A stretch of DNA of 27,312 nucleotides. It comes from Octopus sinensis (lineage: Eukaryota). The notes below the pieces were generated by a model, which did not search any database, was not told where the DNA came from, and was given only the letters and a program-made list of their open reading frames with translations. Positions 20,456 through 27,312 of this stretch are shown piece by piece. The position numbers and the translations under genes are program-made. Where the stretch lies: assembly GCF_006345805.1 (NCBI RefSeq), contig NW_021834042.1, positions 1 to 27,312 on the forward strand, read 5' to 3'. The stretch's first letter is position 1. Every line of letters begins with the position of its first letter.

Positions 20456-20494
20456 GGTGTTGAATGTTTTCTCGTGGTTAATTTTATTAATGTC

Positions 20495-20690
20495 ATTGCT
20501 GTTTAGACTCAGATCAACTCTGACTCAGCAGAACTATGATCAGATCCATTCCAACCATGACCATCACATGCTTTTATGGATATGTAGGATATTATCACAT
20601 TATCTAGTCATAATGAGATCATTTGTCTTTGAGTATAGCAACATGGGATTTGAGAGAGACTTAGCTGTTACTTTTAGCTGAGCAAGGCAT
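20495..20690 (-). mobile_element. Family D copy
   Basis: It contains TTCCAACCATGACCATC and TTTGAGAGAGACTTAGCTGTTACTTTTAGC. Confidence 0.65.
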
Positions 20691-20939
20691 CAACTATTTA
20701 TCACATAGTCACACATAATTGGAGTGAGGGGTGATTATCTTTAAGAAGGGCCCCAGTCCCTGAATTCAAAATGCAAGTCGATTCTTGGTGAAATGGTGCA
20801 GTGATTTATTTGGAAAGCCAACCGTTAATGGGAGCTGTGGCATTTGCTGATGGTATTCCAACAGATTGGTTACTAATGGCGCTTTGAGAGGCAGACTTCT
20901 CATCATCAGCCTCAACCATGCTGCTACATGACTATGTCA

Positions 20940-21102
20940 ATGTGCACACACACACACACGTGTGTGTGTGGTGTGTGTGTGTGTGTGTGTGTGTGTGCAT
21001 GTATGTGTATGTATATATATGCATATAATATATGTGTATACATATATACATATATACATATATATATAATATATAATATATATATATATATATATATAAT
21101 AT

Positions 21103-21158
<56 letters not shown>

Positions 21159-21454
21159 AATATATATACAAATATATCTATATCTATATCTATATTCTAT
21201 ATATATATATATATAAGAATGAATGTTTTTATATATAATGAACGTGAAATACAGGAAGGGACGAACACGGAACACAGACAAATCATTCGAAGCCTTCAAT
21301 CTTCAGTCAGACAGATAGATAGATAGATAGATAGATATAGATATATATATACATATACACATATATATATGTATATACATATGTATGTATATATATATAT
21401 GTATATACATAGATACATAAGAATATATGTATTAGAGTATATATATAAATGTAT

Positions 21455-21489
<35 letters not shown>

Positions 21490-21601
21490 CATACATACAT
21501 ATATATACATATATATATACACACACGTATATGTGTATATATGAATATATATATACATATATATATATATGTATATGCATACACAAGCATGCACATGTTC
21601 A

Positions 21602-21641
<40 letters not shown>

Positions 21642-22390
21642 AGTGTGTACATGTGAATGGTAGTATCTGGATGTGTGTGTGTGTGTGTGTGTGTGTTAGA
21701 TCAGGATTTAGAATGGTTTTGAGAGAGAGAGAGAGGGGGGGTGAGAGGCTAATGGACAAAATTCTTGGAGGTTTTAGAGAAGAAGAAACTGCGCTAATCT
21801 AATTTGAATTATGGTCCATAAGCAGTAAGTTTGGTGTGTTTAAGTGGTGCCATTATTGTTTTATTAGCATTGTGTCTTGCCTGGCAATCTCTGCTGCCAG
21901 ACATCCACACTAATCGGCAAAACCGTTAATAGGATCTAACACTTAAAATCACCAACATAAATCTTAACTCATCACATTAGAACAATCATTTCCTCCTCCT
22001 CCTCCTCCACTGCCGCACCACCACCGCCGCTGCTGCTGCTGCTGCTTGTCACCGTACCATTATCCCCTCCTCCTCCTCTATTTTCTTATTCTTCTACTCC
22101 TCCTCCCCTCCCCGCCTCTTCCTCCCCGCCTCTTCCTCCCCTACTCTTATTCCTCTACTTTTCCTCTTCTACTTCCCCTACTCTTCTTCTTTCTCCTCCT
22201 CCTCCTCCTTTTTCTCCTTCTTCTTCTTCCTCCTCCTTCTCCTCCTCCTCCTCCTCCTCCTCCTCCACCTTTGTTTTCAACTTCTCTTCTTCCCCTCCTC
22301 TTTTTTCTTCACCTTCTTCTTGTACGCCTCACCCACCTCCTCTTCACCTTCCTCTTCTTTCTCCCTCTCAGATTCCTCTTCTTCTTCCAC
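20940..22390. repeat. (TG/TA/GATA)n field and (CCT/CTT)n pyrimidine tract
   Basis: Directly visible; it includes a unique island at about 21790-21995. Confidence 0.93.
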
Positions 22391-22689
22391 CCAAAAGCTA
22401 GTAATACCTGTGAGTGTTGCCGTTCCTTAAAGGTTGTTATTCCATTCTCATGCTGTGCTTAGCAGCAATTCCTGCTTTACAACAGATATGGCATTGAAAC
22501 CCCACAGGCAATGCTATAACTTTTTTTCCCATATCCTTCCATATTACATGTATAAATACATATATATGTGTATTTGTGTATAAATGTGTGTGTGTATATA
22601 TATATATATATACACACACAACAATGTCAAAAAGTAATGCCATTTTGTTTAGGACAGGTATAATTACCAATGCCAGGAACATGTATCAT

Positions 22690-22975
22690 ACATCAAAATG
22701 GAGCTGGTCCTGATCCTCTGTGGATCACATCCCTACTTCTCAACATAGTCACTGTTTCCTTCAATAGCAATGTTCCAATTTGAATGAGAGCATGTATCCC
22801 TGTCCCATAAAATTCTGTTGACTGTTCTTTGAGCCACTTCTTCACTACAGTTTTCCCTTCCTCATCACTGGAATAATGTTTGCCTCTCAAACCCTCTTTC
22901 ATGGGACTGAAGCGATGATTGGCTTATCAGAATTGACAGGACATCCCATTTTCTACCTGGTATAGTGGAAAGGTC
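22690..22975 (-). mobile_element. Mariner transposase C-terminal fragment
   Basis: The ORF MKEGLRGKHYSSDEEGKTVVKKWLKEQSTEFYGTGIHALI matches the mariner C-terminal pattern (xKxxLRGxxFSSDEEVKxAVxxWLxxQxxEFYxxGIxxL). No intact TIR pair is seen. Confidence 0.82.
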
Positions 22976-23371
22976 TATACTTATATGTGAGTGTGTCTGT
23001 ATGTGTATGTGTGTCACTGTCTGTCTGTGTATGTGTATGTGTCTGCATGTATATGCGTATGTATGCGTATTAATGTTGGGGTTGTTAAGTGATGAATTGC
23101 AACAAGCAGTTACCATCCACAGAACTCAACACTAGTTCTAGAGAAGAGTCAATTGAATCATATTCAAAGATTGACAGTGATTTCAAATATCAACACTAGA
23201 AGCTACATCAAACAGTGGACAAAACACAGTTTACAGATATTTAATCAGGAAGTTTTCATGACAATGCACAAAGAATTGGTGGTGAAGATTTTTTTTTATA
23301 TTTGTGAAGGGAGTTTAGGTGTCGGATAGTGTGGTAGGAATGATAGCAATTGGTTAGTCTGAAGAGATGGT

Positions 23372-23465
23372 AGCAGACACTTGCCCCAGTGTGCCATACA
23401 AAAGGATCAGACACAGAACAATGAGGTGTGAAGTGAACTTCTTAATCAGGACGCAATAACTGTAC
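23372..23465 (-). mobile_element. Degenerate SINE family-B head
   Basis: GACACTTGCCCCAGTGTGCCA...GAAGTGAACTTCTTAA is the inverse of the GGGCAAGTGTC-type segment and the head. It is highly diverged. Confidence 0.45.
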
Positions 23466-24109
23466 AAGTTATATATATTTCTCTGCACACAGACACACCA
23501 CACACACACACACAAATATCATATATAATAGAGGTGGCCATGCCTCCAGTCATGGTTCATCTGAAACAGCTGTAAAGAGAAAACCATTACATCATTCCTA
23601 TTTGTAATCTATGAAAATATATTCATTATGCTTATGTTATCTACCTTTTTTTACTTACATGCTCAAACACACACACACACGCACACACACATGCATACAT
23701 GCACTCACACACACAATAACCATTGATTAAGGGGTGGTTATGAAGTAGGTTACAAAGTGCTAAATATTGAAGGGGTCACCCAAAATGGTAGCCAGAGGGA
23801 TCAGAAAGACATCAATGGGAAAAAGCAATAAAACAAAGCTATCAGGTGAGAATATAAAGAAATAAGAGAGAAGTTGTTAAAAAAGTGTCTGTTATCGTCA
23901 ACTGGATCAAATTAGGTATTAAACAGCACACCTGAAACTAAACTGTGCATTCACACGCAGCGGTTATGATGCACTCACTGCACCAATCAACCACAATGGG
24001 AAACACCTGAACAAAGTTTGTTGTAAGTGATACATCATTGAGTTAGCATGGCTGATGCTGGTGTGGATAATTAGAAGACAACAGGTTGGGGTGTGATACA
24101 TGCAGGTGG

Positions 24110-24374
24110 GTGTGGGTATGTATGTGTGTATGTGTGTGTATGTATGTGTGTGTATGTATGTATGTATGTATGTATGTATGTATGTGTATGTATGTATGTA
24201 TGTATGTATGTATGTATGTATGTATGTATGTATGTATGTATGTGTGTGTGTATGTATCAATCTGTCTGTCTAACTCACTGACTATCTGTCTATCTATCTA
24301 TCTATCTATCAGACTGTCTGTCTTTCTGTCTGTCTATCTGTCTGTCTATCTGTCTATCTACCTATCTGTCTATC

Positions 24375-24445
<71 letters not shown>

Positions 24446-24625
24446 TTATCTATCTATCTATATCTATCTATCTATTTGTCTGTCTGTTTATCTATTTGCA
24501 TATTCACAGGCATACATATGCATATGTATAAGTATATATATGTATGTGTATACATTAATTAATATACATTTATAAACAATACTTAAATGAATAATAATTG
24601 CATATATATATATGTATATATTACA

Positions 24626-24668
<43 letters not shown>

Positions 24669-24881
24669 TATGTATGTATGTATGTATATTTTCATATTTC
24701 CCATTTACTCAATGCATACATGCAAATGCATGAATTTAATATATGTATATAAACATATAAATACATATCATATATATATATATTATATATATATATAATA
24801 TATATATTATTATATATATAATATATATAAACTCACACAAACACACACAAATTTATACATTTTATATAAACATAATGTATG

Positions 24882-24915
<34 letters not shown>

Positions 24916-25530
24916 TGCTAAAAGCTTTTAGTTTAGAAAAAAAATAACATTAAAAAGCGAAACACAAACAAAACCAATTTTCCCATCAATTTTTTAAAAT
25001 TGTTTTCCTGAAATTTTTCTCCACCATCCACAAATATTAAAACCTTGGAAGATGTTAAAGAGTTGAATGGAGTCAAATGAAGTTATTTAGGAACATTTAG
25101 AAATGGTTCCCACCTTCGCACATAGGCACGCGCATGCACACACACACACATACACACACACACACACTCCACACACACACACCACACACACACACACTCA
25201 CTGATACACATACATGTACATTTATGCACATATCTACATACATACTTGCACATATATTATACATATACACACTTACATGCATACATACACATATGCACTT
25301 ACACGCATATGTACACACAGCCATACACACTTATGCTCACATGCACACATTCATACACATGCACATTAGTCTTCGTGATGGAAGAACTGGGCCCATCACC
25401 TGTAGAGATGCAGCTGTTGGAAGGATAAAGAGGGGAGAGAGAGAAGAAGGGAGAGGAAGGAAGAGAGATAGAGGAAAGGAAAGAGAGAGAGAGAGGGAAA
25501 GGAGTTGGTAAGGGAGGTGTGTGTGTGTGT
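24110..25530. repeat. (TATG)n, (TCTA/TCTG)n, (TA)n, (CA)n and (GA)n field
   Basis: Directly visible. Confidence 0.94.
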
Positions 25531-25654
25531 CTCGTTGATTATTTTTGTGTAAGAAATATGCACCATGCATTGTTGTCAACATCATGTTACCAGCTGCACT
25601 CTGCTGCAACCGATTACAATGTTGAACATGAATTTTAATAACCCAGTGTATTGC

Positions 25655-25835
25655 TGTTGTGGTTGTGGTTGAACTCTAAAGTCGACCCTGATTCAGTAGA
25701 TCTAAGCAATTCCAACCATGACCATCCCATCGATTTATCAGTATGTAAGGTAACATGATCCAGTGTGCCTGTTCTATTTCCTGAGACAGTAAGGTGTGGT
25801 TTGAGGGGATTTGGCTGTTATTTCTATCCTGCAGA
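25655..25835 (-). mobile_element. Family D copy
   Basis: It contains (GTT)n, TTCCAACCATGACCATCC and TTTGAGGGGATTTGGCTGTTATTTCTA. Confidence 0.65.
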
Positions 25836-26381
25836 GACTATTGTATGGATCTAGACTACATGAGCATAGGTATAGCTGGGCCAGTTTAGGATTTCAGAAT
25901 TTTAATTCAAAGCCATATGCTGCCTAATTGCTTGGCATCTCAGACTCTAAGACTTACAGAAAATAATCTGAAGAGTAGATCACTTTACTGTATTGTTTGG
26001 TACATGTAATTGTGCAACTGCATGTGTTTATATATATATATATACATGAATGCATATATGTATGAGAAGTGTATGTATTGTGTATGTGAAGTATATATAC
26101 TGTGTATGTAACTGTGAATCAATTTCGATGATGTATCTGAAAGTGAACTCTGAAACAGCTGTAACTAAAGAAAATGAAATCTTATTTCATCTCACTCCTA
26201 CTACAGGTGGTCAATTTGTACATTTACCTTGTATTTCAATGTTTCAGGAATAGAATCACTTCTTCAGGAATTCTTATAACTTGCATTGTTTTGGCTGAAA
26301 AACAAAAATTAAAACTATTTAAATATATATGAGGCTTCATGCCAATTATATTACACCAATTCATACACACACACAACTTTG

Positions 26382-26414
<33 letters not shown>

Positions 26415-26421
26415 ATATATA

Positions 26422-27232
26422 CAGGGTGCGATGGGTAAATTGTCACCTTTTTATATTTTTCATTTCATGCATGCACATTGTTTTTGATTTTGTCAACTAC
26501 ACAATATAGTAGGGTCAGTTGGGCACCGTCTGTGAGTAAAACAGCACCACAACACAATTCGCCCTGCCAGAAATTTGGAAACGACATGTTGTACTGCTTG
26601 GCATTCATGCTGAAAGCTTCAATAGGAACATTTCAGAGTGTATGAGTGTCGATCTGCGGACAGTGCAATCTGAGGACATGTAGTGGGAGTGATAAAAATC
26701 AAACATCCAGTCAACATCATGGTGTCTGGAATAATCACTAGTGACAGCAATGTTATACTTCTATACTCAACACAGAGGCCTACAATAAGTGCCTGGAGGA
26801 GGTACAGCTGCCCTGGGTCAACAAGGTAGCTGCTGGAAGACCCTTGCCTGGCAACAGGATTCTGCAACCTGCCACACAAATAGGAGAATCCAGTCATGGC
26901 TGTCAGACTGCAACCCCCTCGATTATTATGTATGGGGTGCAGTTGAGTGAGAGACCAACAAAACTCCTTGTAACACCAAAGATGAACTGAAGGCAAGGAT
27001 TATGGCAGCATTCACCAACTTAAAAAAGGAGACCGTTCAGAAGAGTTGCAGGAGATTCCAAAGTCGTCTGGAGGCCATGGTTGAAGCCAATGGCAATTTT
27101 ACTGAATATATTTACTCTTTAGTATTTCAAGATATTTTTATGTAATTTTGGTAAATATATCTGTTAAAATGAGATGTCAGTGGTATTTTCATTTTTGCAT
27201 AAATTAGATGACAGTTTATTCCAAGCATCTTG
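26422..27232 (+). mobile_element. Internally deleted IS630/Tc1/mariner element, DDxD (maT/DD37D-like)
   Basis: TA-flanked imperfect TIRs: (TA)CAGGGTGCGATGGGTAAATTGTCACC on the left versus the reverse complement of the right end (TA)CAAGATGCTTGGAATAAACTGTCATC. Fragments read LPEIWKRHVVLLGIH, KHPVNIMVSGIITSD, WQQDSATCHT, DCNPLDYYVWGAVE, KDELKARI and FQSRLEAMVEANG. The start codon is lost, and there are frameshifts, stops and deletions. Confidence 0.9.
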
Positions 27233-27248
27233 TATATATATAAAATAA

Positions 27249-27299
<51 letters not shown>

Positions 27300-27312
27300 T
27301 GACAAAGACGGA

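Noticed and set aside
23560-26164. Identical 16-mer TCTGAAACAGCTGTAA (E-box CAGCTG) at 23560-23575 and 26149-26164
   Set aside because: A single 16-bp match is within chance range for a window this size and composition, and there is no extended similarity.

Overview
Eukaryotic, AT-rich, repeat-dominated DNA. By eye about 30% is microsatellite, and most of the rest is decayed transposable elements. The SINE and MITE families look like ones I recall from Octopus (coleoid cephalopod) genomes; this is inference, not a database result. There is no complete protein-coding gene and no rRNA, tRNA gene or CRISPR array, and almost all ORFs in the supplied track are microsatellite artefacts. Supported content: (1) a full-length dead DD34D mariner (about 5048-6517, minus) split by a 201-bp piggyBac-type MITE; (2) a second mariner fragment; (3) an internally deleted DDxD maT-like element with TIRs (26422-27232); (4) three rearranged pieces of R4/Dong-type RLE non-LTR retrotransposon; (5) about 20 SINE or SINE-like copies from several families, often stacked co-directionally on (ATT)n/(ATC)n tracts. 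The best host-gene signal is a minus-strand pair: a 21-nt microexon (13532-13552) and a 96/109-nt exon (13061-13156/13169) that join in frame and lie between oppositely oriented SINE clusters. Candidate regulatory islands are a CpG-enriched CRE/homeobox island (3301-3760), a ladder of DR4-spaced AGGTCA half-sites plus an octamer (6670-6871), and a duplicated 56-bp module with an invariant TAATTA+CTTTGAA core (7498-7778). I found no unambiguous new biological system; the findings below are testable hypotheses.
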